Positions 39,350 through 50,920 of a DNA stretch of 64,000 bases are shown here, in pieces. Source of the stretch: Octopus sinensis (lineage: Eukaryota); NCBI RefSeq assembly GCF_006345805.1, contig NC_043000.1:47864001-47928000 (forward strand). Direction: 5' to 3'. The position numbers and the translations under genes were made by a program. Every line of letters begins with the position of its first letter. The first letter of the stretch is position 1. Under the pieces are notes generated by a model that saw only the letters and a list, made by a program, of their open reading frames with translations, did not search any database and was not told where the DNA came from.

Positions 39350-39659
39350 CTATATTATCTATAATATGTATATGTATATATATATATATATATAACTATA
39401 TAAGTTTAACAATTAAGGATAACTCTTAATAAGGGATCTTAACAAGAAATTATCAGGTAGCTAGCGTGAAAACCTCATAAAAGAAAAAATTCGAAAATAA
39501 TTTTTTTCTTCTGAACAAATTAATTATATCTATATTGTATAGAGGGCATTATTACACATAAATGCCTCACACTAGGAGGGACAGAGTCATTACTACCAAA
39601 ATTATACTAATCATACCCAAATGCAGTTTTTTCAGCAAAGAGACATTTAAAAATTAATT

Positions 39660-39715
39660 TTTCTGTATCACCGTGATTTCACATACAACTTGCGTCTAAT
39701 GATCGTCAGCAGAAC
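39660..39715 (-). ncRNA. type I hammerhead ribozyme, monomer 1
   Basis: Reverse complement of the motif at 42299; terminal stem I pair mutated. Confidence 0.75.
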
Positions 39716-40136
39716 TGATTCTGAATACATCATAAATAAACTAACCTTACGTAGCGAAGACGAACAGACAACAACTGCCCTCTCCGGCCAAGCACATGGA
39801 ATGTTTATAATCATATATCCGGTAAATGGCGGGCTTTTTACGAACTGCATGTCGGGTAATGAAAAGTATTTCGGAATAAGTTTAACAATTAAGGATAATC
39901 TCTTAATAAGGGATCTTAACAAGAAATTATCAGGTAGCTAGCGTGAAAACCTCATAAAAGAAAAGAATTCGAAAATAATTTTTTTCTTCTGAACAAATTA
40001 TATATCTATATTGTATAAGAGGGCATTATTACACATAAATGCCTCACACTAGGAGGGACAGAGTCATTACTACCAAAATTATACTAATCATACCCAAATG
40101 CAGTTTTTCAAAGCAAGACATTTAAAAATGAATTAT

Positions 40137-40192
40137 GTTCTGTATCACCGTGATTTCACATACAACTTGCGTCTAATGATCGTCAGCAGAAC
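40137..40192 (-). ncRNA. type I hammerhead ribozyme, monomer 2
   Basis: GTTCTGTATCACCGTGATTTC..TCGTCAGCAGAAC on + strand. Confidence 0.8.
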
Positions 40193-40627
40193 TGATTCTG
40201 AATACATCATAAATAAACTAACCTTACGTACGAAGACAACAGACAACTGCCCTCTCCAAAAACAACTGCCCTCTCCGGCCAAGCACATGGAATGTTTATA
40301 AATCATATATCCGGTACATGGCGGGCTTTTTACGAACTGCATGTCGGGTAATGAAAAGTATTTCGGAATAAGTTTAACAATTAAGGATAATCTCTTAATA
40401 AGGGATCTTAACAAGAATTATCAGGTAGCTAGCGTGAAAACCTCATAAAAGAAAAGAATTCGAAAATAATTTTTTTCTTCTGAACAAATTAATTATATCT
40501 ATAATGTATAGAGGGCATTATACACATAAATGCCTCACACTAGGAGGGACAGAGTCATTACTACCAAAATTATACTAATCATACCCAAATGCAGTTTTTC
40601 AAAGCAAGACATTTAAAAATGAATTAT

Positions 40628-40683
40628 GTTCTGTATCACCGTGATTTCACATACAACTTGCGTCTAATGATCGTCAGCAGAAC
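40628..40683 (-). ncRNA. type I hammerhead ribozyme, monomer 3
   Basis: Same 56-nt motif. Confidence 0.8.
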
Positions 40684-41103
40684 TGATTCTGAATACATCA
40701 TAAATAAACTAACCTTACGTAGCGAAGACGAACAGACAACTGCCCTCTCCGGCCAAGCACATGGAATGTTTATAAATCATATATCCGGTAAATGGCGGGC
40801 TTTTTACGAACTGCATGTCGGGTAATGAAAAGTATTTCGGAATAAGTTTAACAATTAAGGATAATCTCTTAATAAGGGATCTTAACAAGAAATTATCAGG
40901 TAGCTAGCGTGAAAACCTCATAAAAGAAAAGAATTCGAAAATAATTTTTTTCTTCTGAACAAATTAATTATATCTATATTGTATAGAGGGCATTATTACA
41001 CATAAATGCCTCACACTAGGAGGGACAGAGTCATTACTACCAAAATTATACTAATCATACCCAAATGCAGTTTTTCAAAGCAAGACATTTAAAAATGAAT
41101 TAT

Positions 41104-41159
41104 GTTCTGTATCACCGTGATTTCACATACAACTTGCGTCTAATGATCGTCAGCAGAAC
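41104..41159 (-). ncRNA. type I hammerhead ribozyme, monomer 4
   Basis: Same 56-nt motif. Confidence 0.8.
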
Positions 41160-41581
41160 TGATTCTGAATACATCATAAATAAACTAACCTTACGTAGCG
41201 AAGACGAACAGACAACTGCCCTCTCCGGCCAAGCACATGGAATGTTTATAAATCATATATCCGGTAAATGGCGGGCTTTTTACGAACTGCATGTCGGGTA
41301 ATGAAAAGTATTTCGGAATAAGTTTAACAATTAAGGATAATCTCTTAATAAGGGATCTTAACAAGAAATTATCAGGTAGCTAGCGTGAAAACCTCATAAA
41401 AGAAAAGAATTCGAAAATAATTTTTTTCTTCTGACACATTAATTATATCTATATTGTATAGAGGGCATTATTACACATAAATGCCTCACACTAGGAGGGA
41501 CAGAGTCATTACTACTACCAAAATTATACTAATCATACCCAAATGCAGTTTTTCAAAGCAAGACATTTAAAAATGAATTAT

Positions 41582-41637
41582 GTTCTGTATCACCGTGATT
41601 TCACATACAACTTGCGTCTAATGATCGTCAGCAGAAC
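41582..41637 (-). ncRNA. type I hammerhead ribozyme, monomer 5
   Basis: Same 56-nt motif. Confidence 0.8.
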
Positions 41638-42053
41638 TGATTCTGAATACATCATAAATAAACTAACCTTACGTAGCGAAGACGAACAGACAACTGCCCT
41701 CTCCGGCCAAGCACATGGAATGTTTATAATCATATATCCGGTAAATGGCGGGCTTTTTACGAACTGCATGTCGGGTAATGAAAAGTATTTCGGAATAATT
41801 TTAACAATTAAGGATAATCTCTTAATAAGGGATCTTAACAAGAAATTATCAGGTAGCTAGCGTGAAAACCTCATAAAAGAAAAATTCGAAAATAATTTTT
41901 TTCTTCTGAACAAATTAATTATATCTATATTGTATAGAGGGCATTATTACACATAAATGCCTCACACTAGGAGGGACAGAGTCATTACTACCAAAATTAT
42001 ACTAATCATACCCAAATGCAGTTTTTCAAAGCAAGACATTTAAAAATGAATAT

Positions 42054-42109
42054 GTTCTGTATCACCGTGATTTCACATACAACTTGCGTCTAATGATCGT
42101 CAGCAGAAC
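42054..42109 (-). ncRNA. type I hammerhead ribozyme, monomer 6
   Basis: Same 56-nt motif. Confidence 0.8.
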
Positions 42110-42298
42110 TGATTCTGAATACATCATAAATAAACTAACCTTACGTAGCGAAGACGAACAGACAACTGCCTCTCCGGCCAAGCACATGGAATGTTTATAA
42201 ATCATATATCCGGTAAATGGCGGGCTTTTTACGACTGCATGTCGGGTAATGAAAAGTATTTCGAATAAGGTTAGTTTATTTATGATGTATTCAAATCA

Positions 42299-42354
42299 GT
42301 TCTGCTGACGATCATTAGACGCAAGTTGTATGTGAAATCACGGTGATACAGAAC
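42299..42354 (+). ncRNA. type I hammerhead ribozyme, inverted arm copy 1
   Basis: GUUCUG-CUGACGA-UCAUUAGAC(GCAA)GUUGUAUGU-GAA-AUCAC(G)GUGAU-A/CAGAAC; predicted cut between 42348 and 42349. Confidence 0.8.
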
Positions 42355-42770
42355 ATAATTCATTTTTAAATGTCTTGCTTTGAAAAACTGCATTTGGTAT
42401 GATTAGTATAATTTTGGTAGTAATGACTCTGTCCCTCCTAGTGTGAGGCATTTATGTGTAATAATGCCCTCTATACAATTAGATATAATTAATTTGTTCA
42501 GAAGAAAAAAATTATTTTCGAATTCTTTCTTTTATGAGGTTTTCACGCTAGCTACCTGATAATTTCTTGTTAAGATCCCTTATTAAGAGATTATCCTTAA
42601 TTGTTAAACTTATTCCGAAATACTTTTCATTACCCGACATGCAGTTCGTAAAAAGCCCGCCATTTACCGGATATATGATTTATAAACATTCCATGTGCTT
42701 GGCCGAGAGGGCAGTTGTCTGTTCGTCTTCGCTACGTAAGGTTAGTTTATTTATGATGTATTCAGAATCA

Positions 42771-42826
42771 GTTCTGCTGACGATCATTAGACCGCAGTTG
42801 TATGTGAAATCACGGTGATACAGAAC
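42771..42826 (+). ncRNA. type I hammerhead ribozyme, inverted arm copy 2
   Basis: Same motif, loop II reads CGCA; predicted cut after 42820. Confidence 0.78.
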
Positions 42827-42983
42827 ATAATTCATTTTTAAATGTCTTGCTTTGAAAAACTGCATTTGGTATGATTATATAATTTTGGTAGTAATGACTC
42901 TGTCCCTCCAGTGTGAGGCATTTATGTGTAATAATGCCCTCTATACAATATAGATATATATATATATATATATATGTATAATA

Positions 42984-43026
<43 letters not shown>

Positions 43027-44645
43027 GTATGTATGTGTGTGTGTGTGTATTTATATGCACACACACATCATACATACACATACACATTAAGCTTTCGAGA
43101 ATTGGTTTCTATCTATGCAAACACTTCAATTATTCTCTCTCTCTCTCTCTCTCTCCCTCTATCTAGAGAGAGAGAGAGATCTATCCCAAACTATGTAAAA
43201 ACATTAGATTCTGCTCTATTCTCTGTAAGGGAAATATCTGTGACCTTGACACCTATTAACCTATCACATCTAACATCTCAGAACTGATAAAGAGAATCAT
43301 AAATAACCATCTCTTTTATTGATTTGCATCTCTCTTTCCTTTCTCAATGACTGAGAAAAGTGTGTCTTCAGCACCAAGCCTATAATAAATAAGCTCTCAT
43401 ATGCCACATACCAGTGATTGTCTGTGCTCTTGATACCTATTTTTATTTTTTAACAATAAAACTAGTAATTCTTGGTAACATATTACTGGAGAACCACAAA
43501 ATTCAGCCTCCCCCGAATGGACTTCGTCTGTTTGTAACATCAAAAATCGCAGATTTGTATCACAGTAACTCATCGTTGTGACATGCTTCAAGTACGAATC
43601 ACAGTGACCCACAATCTTTTGATTAATTCTCATTTGCCCCAATGTTCAGCTATGTCTGAAGCATTTTTATTATTTTGTACATTAAATTACTTACATGGTA
43701 CTACTTCTAACATTTAACACTTCTAAGGAGAAAATTCCACACTTCACTAATTGTTAAGGCTCTACTCAAATCAATCATTCACATGCATCCTAAACACTGA
43801 GCAAAAATTCCCTATTTAGAAAGCAATCTTATTATCACAGCATAAACAGACATTAACAACAGAAGACTAATATCCTCATAGATATTAACCCACAACTGTG
43901 GAATTAAATTTTATGATTATTCCAGTAATGGTGTTGAATATCTACCAAAAAATAGACCTGGTTTTTTCTGCAAGTCCCATTACATCAGTAAACTTGAAAC
44001 ATCTCAACAAAAAAGTTGTTTTAAGCATGACATTCCTTGATAAAACATAGATTGGTAACATAGTAAGCATAAACTGCTTACTGCAGTTAAGGGTAATGAA
44101 AGTTTGAATAGATATACCTGATTTCCACAATGAAATGGTTAAAACTGGCCTCATGATCTGTAATAATTGCTTATTTAATCACAAAAATGGTCAGTGATGT
44201 ATCTCAGATACTTATTCTCAGTTTCAATGGCATAAAATACTTTAGTACTAATAAACTGATGATCTTTAACCAAACTGAAATAGAATTTTTATATTAAATG
44301 CCCAAAGTTATATTTAAGTTGCAATGTATTATTACTACTTAGAGTAATATGGTGGGTATAGCAATCTCGATTTTTAAAAAAATGTTCCCAAATTTTGACC
44401 ACAACTGTAGACAACTGATTGTGCTCTGTACCTAAAAATAAACTTTTCAGCCACAATCAACAACACATTGCAGGCATCAGCTCACATCCATTCTATTTAC
44501 TTTTTGGACACCCTTTGCCATTGGCACCATGAGCTCTTGCTCTTGTCAACTATGATGCCTCTATATCACTGCAGTCTATCCAAGGTATTTGTGAAAACAA
44601 AGAATCAGCAGAATCATCAGAGACTTCAGGCAAAAGGCTTTAGAG

Positions 44646-45265
44646 CAGTGGTTCCCAAACTTTTTCAAGTTGCCACCCCTTTGGTTCTAAGGCCACATTC
44701 CTAGTACTCCTTCCTACTCACCATCTTTTTTATTTATGCACCCTTTTCAAGCCTAGCCAGGCTAATGGGCCCGGTTTCCCGGTTTCTGTGGCATATGTGT
44801 TCCCCCCAGCTGGACAGGATGCCAGTCCATCACAGCATTACTGAAGAAACAGGAAGAGAGAGTGAGAGAAAGTTGTGGCGAAAGAGTACGACAGGCGTTG
44901 CCACCACACCCTGTCAGAGCCTTGTGGAGCTTTTAGGTGTTTTTGCTCAATAAACACACACAACGCTTGGTCTGGGAATCGAAACCGCAATCCTCTGACC
45001 GCAAGTCCACTGCCCTAACACCACTGGGCCATTGCACCTCAACCCCTACTCACCATCACAGACATAAACTATTTTCTGCACCAAATTCAAAACAACACTA
45101 TTTCACAAATAAAACTTAACCCAATTAACCCTTTTTGTTTATCATTTTTTATATCCATTGCCCTGTTTTGATCACCCCATTATCATCCAATTTTTCTTCA
45201 ACACCCTGCTGGATCTTTCCACCACCCCCAGTGGGGGGCAGTAATGCCCACTTTGGGAACCACTG
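44646..45265. mobile_element. hAT (Charlie-like) MITE
   Basis: TIRs CAGTGGTTCCCAAA / TTTGGGAACCACTG; 8-bp TSD CTTTAGAG / TTTTAGAG. Confidence 0.85.
44726..45044 (-). mobile_element. SINE family D (tail type 2) nested in the hAT MITE
   Basis: 13-bp TSD CCTACTCACCATC at 44713-44725 and 45045-45057; A-rich tail. Confidence 0.85.
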
Positions 45266-45731
45266 TTTTAGAGTATTTGGTTTGGCTCTTTGCATTCTGA
45301 AATCAAATCTCACTGAAGACCAATTTGCTTTTCATCTCTCTGTGATCGGTCACTAATATAAAGCACCAATCCAAGACTGTGAACTGCTGAAATTGTCTTG
45401 CAGCCTTTGCTCTTGCTCTTTGCATTCCAAGTTTGATTGCGGTACATCTCTTACCAGGCTATGCTTTTCCCTTTGACAACACCGGTGGCAGTGGGCGGTA
45501 GAGAAGCTTGCTGCATACATATATATACATATGTATATATATATATTTTGTGTGTGTGTGTGTGCATGCGTGCATGTATAGATTTTTAAGTAAATGGAGG
45601 TAGTTGGAATTTTGAATAATTATTTATTTAGTGCTTTTATCTCATTTCGGAGAAACATCAAGAATGAAAATTCAAATTAAATAATTATCCAAAATTCTGT
45701 CTACATCCATTTTCTAAATATATCCATGTGT

Positions 45732-45776
<45 letters not shown>

Positions 45777-46109
45777 AGAATATTAATACAAGAAGATGGA
45801 TTGAATTTGCTTTATTACATATCACTACAGTTGTTTCAACACATCATTACCAGCTGTTCATTGCTGAATGCTACATATATTCTAAAAAGTATTGTTTTAA
45901 TATCACTGAGCGTTAATAACATTTCCATCTCTTTGGATGAACAGAGTCCAAAACTATAAATGAAGATAGATGTAGATACACACACATAGATTTCTAAATA
46001 TATATATATAAATATAAGGAGAGTTTACGAAAAAAACAACAAAAGACGAAGACAGATGGTGTACAAAACAAACAGATGTATTAGTATAATGCTCAGGAAT
46101 AGAAAAAGT

Positions 46110-46145
46110 CTTTTACGTTTCGAGCCTATGCTCTTCTACAGAAAG
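46110..46145 (-). ncRNA. minimal hammerhead-like motif (CUGUAGA core) in Penelope-type insert 46017-46213
   Basis: CUUU-CUGUAGA-A-GAGC(AUAG)GCUC-GAA-ACGU-A/AAAG: all stems pair, GUA triplet. Confidence 0.6.
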
Positions 46146-46217
46146 GGACACAGAAAACAAGGAGAGAAACAAGGAGAGAAAAAAAATGCGTGTAGTGGCT
46201 AACGATCTATCATAGAG

Positions 46218-46254
<37 letters not shown>

Positions 46255-46267
46255 AAGTGAGAGAGAT

Positions 46268-46298
<31 letters not shown>

Positions 46299-46359
46299 CT
46301 ACTGTGTCTAAAAGTCATTGTGTGATCCATATTATTTTGTTATGGGTAATTCATGATAT

Positions 46360-46685
46360 GTGAAGGTGCATGGCTTAGTGGTTAGGGCATTCGGCTTACG
46401 ATTGTAAGGTCGTGAGTTCAATTCCCAGAAACGCATTGTGTCCTTGAGCAAGACACTTTATTTCACATTGCTCCAGTCCACTCAGCTGGCAAAAATGAGT
46501 TTTACATGCATTTCAAAGGGCCGGCCTTGTCACACTCCATGTCACGCTGAATTTCCCTGAGAACTATGTCAGTAGTACGCATGTCTGTGGATTGCTCAGT
46601 CACTCGGACGTTAATTTCAAGAGCAGGCTGTTCCATTGATCGTATCAGCTGGGACCCTCATCATTGTAACCGACGGAGTGCTCCT
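46360..46685 (+). mobile_element. tRNA-derived CORE-like SINE (family E)
   Basis: TGGCTTAGTGG (A box), GAGTTCAATTCCC (B box), GTGTCCTTGAGCAAGACACTT core. Confidence 0.8.
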
Positions 46686-46699
46686 TTTAATTCATGATA

Positions 46700-47998
46700 T
46701 GAGAGTCAGCTGAAAAGTTCATAAGCAAACCAAGATGCTCTCATGGAATTTGACTAAATAAGGTTTATTTTTCAACATAGTCTTCTTTGTGGTTAACATA
46801 CTTCTTCCATCGTTGTTGCAGTGTTTGGATCTCATTAATGAAGAAGCTTTCATCCTGTTGATCAAAAAAGTCATCAGTAGCAGATATGTCATCATTATCA
46901 CTGTGATACTGGTTTGCGATCAAGTGTTTTTTTCATGCTGGAGAACAGATGATAGTCAGATGGAGCAAAATTAGAAGAATAGGGAGAATGAACAACCAGT
47001 TCTAAGTCTCAGTCATGCACAGCAGCCATTGAAACCAAGGACTTGTGTGCTTGAGCATTGTTTTGCTGAAACAAGACCTTTTTCATAAGTTTTCCTGGGT
47101 GTTTGGTCTTGGTAGCCTTGATAGCCTTTTGTAACTGCCTCAATAATTTGGCATAATACTCTCCATTGATAGTGTGGCCTTTTTGAAGATAGTCAATAAA
47201 CACAATGCTTTATATATCCAAAGAAAATCGAGGCCATCATTATCCCTGCAAATAAAATTACCTTGGCCTTCTTTGGATCAAGTGAGAAGAGGTGCTTCCA
47301 CTGCATGGATTGTTTCTTTGTCTTTGTCTCAAAGGGATGAAATCAATCCTCATGGTTTAGGAAATGTTCAAGGAAAGCAGTTGGATCTGCTTAAAGCAAT
47401 ATAAGATTTTCCCTTGATGAGATCAGCCAGGTGCACTTTTAATTAGGTGTCAGAAGTTGCAGCATCCAATGAGCAGAAATCTTTGTCATACTAAGTTCAT
47501 TGTTCAGAATATTCTCAACTCTCTCACTATGCTAATAGCATTGGTTATTGCACTTATAGTCAATTACGTGTCATCCATGGTGAACATAGTCAATGTTTTC
47601 TACAGTGGAGGCATTGTAGGACATCCAGACCTTGAATCGTCTTCAAGATTCTCCTTTCCTCCCCTAAATTCAGCTGCCCACTTTTGTGTTGTTGATAAAG
47701 CTGGGGTCTCATCGACTAATCTAGCAAGTACGTGAGCATGAATGTCCTTGGGGGCCAAACCCTTTTTCTGCAGGTACATGATAACATCACGATGCCAAAT
47801 TTTGTCCATTTTGAAGAGAAGTTGCTATTAGTTACTTTCAAAATGTTTTTGAACAGTCAGATGTCAGTTCACAGGGGGAAAAAAGCAATAAAGCTATGCA
47901 GTTATTAATAAGAAGGGTTGAAATTAATGCATGCAAAATTGCACCGTTCTAGCATCACTCCTTTGTAGTCAGGTTATGAATTTTGCAGCCCAACCTCA
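46700..47998 (-). mobile_element. mariner element, near full length, degenerate transposase
   Basis: TA-flanked TIRs TGAGAGTCAGCTGAAAAGTTCATAA / TTATGAATTTTGCAGCCCAACCTCA; MDKIWHRDVIMYLQKKG..KWAAEFRGGKENLEDDSRSGCP and IDYLQKGHTINGEYYAKLL..LFQQNNAQAH. Confidence 0.88.
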
Positions 47999-48289
47999 TA
48001 TATTTCTCTGTCACAGATAAAATTACAGCTTTGAAAAAACTACTGAATAAAGTGGTTCTCTTCAAACTAGACCACGAAATGATGGTCAAAACACTCTTCT
48101 TTTTTTGCCAGAAACTCTTTGAGAGCCATGTTTTATTTTCTTTGAGATGGTGTTTGAAACAGCTAACAGCTGAATGAAATCTCTGTTAAATCCAAATAAT
48201 ATGCAGCAGCACTGCTATCTTTTTCTCAGTTGTAGCTGTCTGATACATGCTACAGTTACTCAAGCACCAATTATCCAATGATTTCATAA

Positions 48290-49300
48290 TCACAGTTATC
48301 ATCTCTTTAGTCTATTTTGTTTATATTGTGTTGAAGAATCCTGTAGGTTTACTGCAAAATGATTTTTCTTATAAAAGAGTTTATAGAATAACTGGACAAT
48401 AAATTGCTTCCGTTGAATTATTCATGACTTTCGTTTTTTTCTTTATTATGGAAGTGTTTGTTGATTAAGGAAAGGAAAAATTATAACATTCTTGCTGAAT
48501 AGTAGATTGAACTTGAAGGAAATTTTTTTACTGTTATGTGTAGGAAGTGATATGTAGGAGTGTTTTTGAAGTGGCCACTGTTTTTGCTCAGTTCTGTGAA
48601 AAGTTGTTCCATTGGAAAAGAAACTAACACATATTGCTATATTTTCATCACTGACAATAGCTGGATGATTTAAATCCAAAAGAATGAATGTAAAGATTGT
48701 TAAGTACCTGAGAGTAGCATTATCTTTACCTTCAGGAAGCTGGCATATGCCAGGTTAGTTTCAAGTATTATTTTCAGAAAATATTTTTTGATGGAAGCTA
48801 CAATTAATTTCTCTCGAGTGTGTTAATTGCGCATCCACTCCAGTTCCTCGAAACCCCTTAAGATATCATTTTTATACATTACCATGTTATAATCAACGTT
48901 GTCTACTTGTTCTAAGTTTACTTAGAATAATATAGCCTACAATTTCACAAACATCTACACTCATAGAAGTATCAAATGCATTTTCATATATCTATTTTCT
49001 GTCCGATATTCATTCTGTAAAACAGGAACGAATGTCTAAATTGCGCTATAGATTTGAGTAATAACTGCCTGATGTTAATACTGTCTACTTAGCTGCAAAC
49101 TATATGGCCTTATCAGCGATACTTTAGCAGTGGCTGGGTAAATATCTAAGATGTTAAATTGGATACAGTTGGATCAGTTTTTCCTTCAATCTATTTCAAA
49201 CATTTTCTAATATCAGGAATATTTATCCAATCCACACATTTAGTTTTATCAAGTATTTTTTTTTTCCTGAGAATTGACTCTCGAGTTTTTTTTCTTTCTT
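48290..49300 (-). pseudogene. Penelope-like element reverse transcriptase remnant
   Basis: Minus strand, with frameshifts: FDTSMSVDVCEIVGYIILSKL, MYKNDIL, REKLI..LKIILETNLAYASFLKV, LNHPAIV (compare FDVTMGSYDGAEVCELVG, LYRDDGL, LKITIEANLK-VNFLDV, SNHPP). Confidence 0.7.
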
Positions 49301-49635
49301 TCTTTTTCTTTTTCTTTTTTTTATTTGAATTGGCTTACATTTTGCTGGGTCAATTTTCCTACATTTTGCCACATTGATGAATTTCTCTTTATTGACCTTT
49401 CAGCGTTAATACATATATTTTTATTGCCAATATAGGTAGACCATATTATGTGTGCTGAACTTGGTTACTATTTGCTTTGAATGAGCTCTGGAGTTGTTTA
49501 TGATACTATGAGACTTTTACTAGTATTTTTAGTAACATACAACCACAGCAAAAACAGTTAATTCAGTCATTGTGTGTGTCTAATATATATGTATATATAT
49601 ATGCATATCTATATATGTCAAGATAACATTATAGA

Positions 49636-49671
<36 letters not shown>

Positions 49672-49676
49672 TATAA

Positions 49677-49970
49677 GTGGAGTCACAATGGCCCAGTCGT
49701 TAGGACAGCGGACTCGCGGTTGTAGGATCGCTGCTTCGATTCCCAGACCGGGCGTTGTGAGTGTTTATTGAGCGAAAACACCTAAAAGCTCCACGAGGCT
49801 CCGGCAGGGGGTGGTGATCCCTGCTGTACTCTTTCTCTCAACCTTTCTTCTGTTGGCCTGCTTGCTTAGCCAGCGGGGTGGCGTCATTCGAAGGCTAAAA
49901 CAATGCAAACGCATTGTGACCAGCGATGTGTAGCAACATCTGATGGTCTGGTCAGTCACGTGATCATGTG
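49677..49970 (+). mobile_element. SINE family D (tail type 1)
   Basis: TGGCCCAGTCG (A box), GCTTCGATTCCC (B box); same tail as the 7697 copy. Confidence 0.82.
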
Positions 49971-50732
49971 ATATAAATATATATATATTTATATCACATA
50001 TATATATATATGTATAAAACTGAGAATGTGTGTTTGTCTGTCTTCTGTATGTGTGAATAACTAAAACTCGAGAACTACCCAACTGCTATTTAGCCCTAGG
50101 AAGCAGCAACGCTTACTGTCAGCCTTGACACATTTCCTGTGTCCTTATGTTTACAAGGGGGGGATAAGCACTTCCACCCAGCTAAGCCTGCACCAGAGAC
50201 TAGTTTCTGAGTCTTTGCTCGTCATCAGTCTGGAGTAGCATGGCCTGCTAGCTGGAGATGCCTATCTAGCCCTTGTAAACATATATGAATTCTAGGGAAA
50301 TAAATCCACTGATTACAAAAATACAAATAATACATTTCTAAATATCTCAGAGAGATATATGCAGTACTGTCTGAGATATTTAGAAATGTATTATTTCCAT
50401 TTGAAATCATGAAATGTATTTTGGTAGATGGGAACTATTTTGGCAGATGAATTTATTGAGTCAATAGCGAATATCACTTGATGGTGAGTGAATGAACAGA
50501 CAATAAACTAACAACAGTCAAGATCAACCAGTTCAGAAAGCAAACTATTGCTATCATCTGTAGTTGTAGTATATGCAGATGAGGTTTTGTCAGCTTGTGA
50601 AAGAACAACATGACCAAAATCCAAGCCAGGCACTCATGGCATATCATTCAATCAAGATATCTGGCATGGAAGTGTTACATTGTTCCTGGCTTGTAACTGT
50701 AATTCCCAAATACGCTTTTCTCACACTTTCTT

Positions 50733-50920
50733 ATTTCTTTATTGCCGACAAGGGGCTAAACATAGAGGGAACAAACAAGGACAGACAAAGGGATTAAGTT
50801 GATTACATCGACCCCAGTGTGTAACTGTTACTTAATTTATCGATTCCGAAAGGATGAAAGGCAAAGTCGACCTTGGTGAAATTTGAACTCAGAAATTCCG
50901 CCGAGGTCAACTTTGCCTTC
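50733..50920 (-). mobile_element. 5'-truncated SINE B with inverted 5' segment
   Basis: 14-bp TSD TCTCACACTTTCTT at 50719-50732 and 50921-50934. Confidence 0.85.

Larger units (their letters stand above)
39401..42958. mobile_element. hammerhead-bearing tandem array (candidate retrozyme): six direct ~477-bp monomers plus ~1.45 inverted monomers
   Basis: Motif spacing 477/491/476/478/472 bp; inversion at TAAG 42266-42269; flanked by (TA)n on both sides. Confidence 0.88.

Noticed and set aside
39668-42865. Repeated ORFs (MQFFKARHLKMNYVLYHRDF.., MLRSLIKRLSLIVKLIPKYF..) in the array
   Set aside because: Short, frameshifted differently between units, on both strands, no recognisable domain; the conserved feature is the RNA fold
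39401-42958. Array as CRISPR, rDNA/5S or snRNA cluster
   Set aside because: No repeat-spacer structure and no similarity I can recognise to rRNA, tRNA or snRNA
43400-44300. Possible very old RT remnant (MTFLDK motif)
   Set aside because: Too degenerate to support by eye; needs tBLASTn or HMM search
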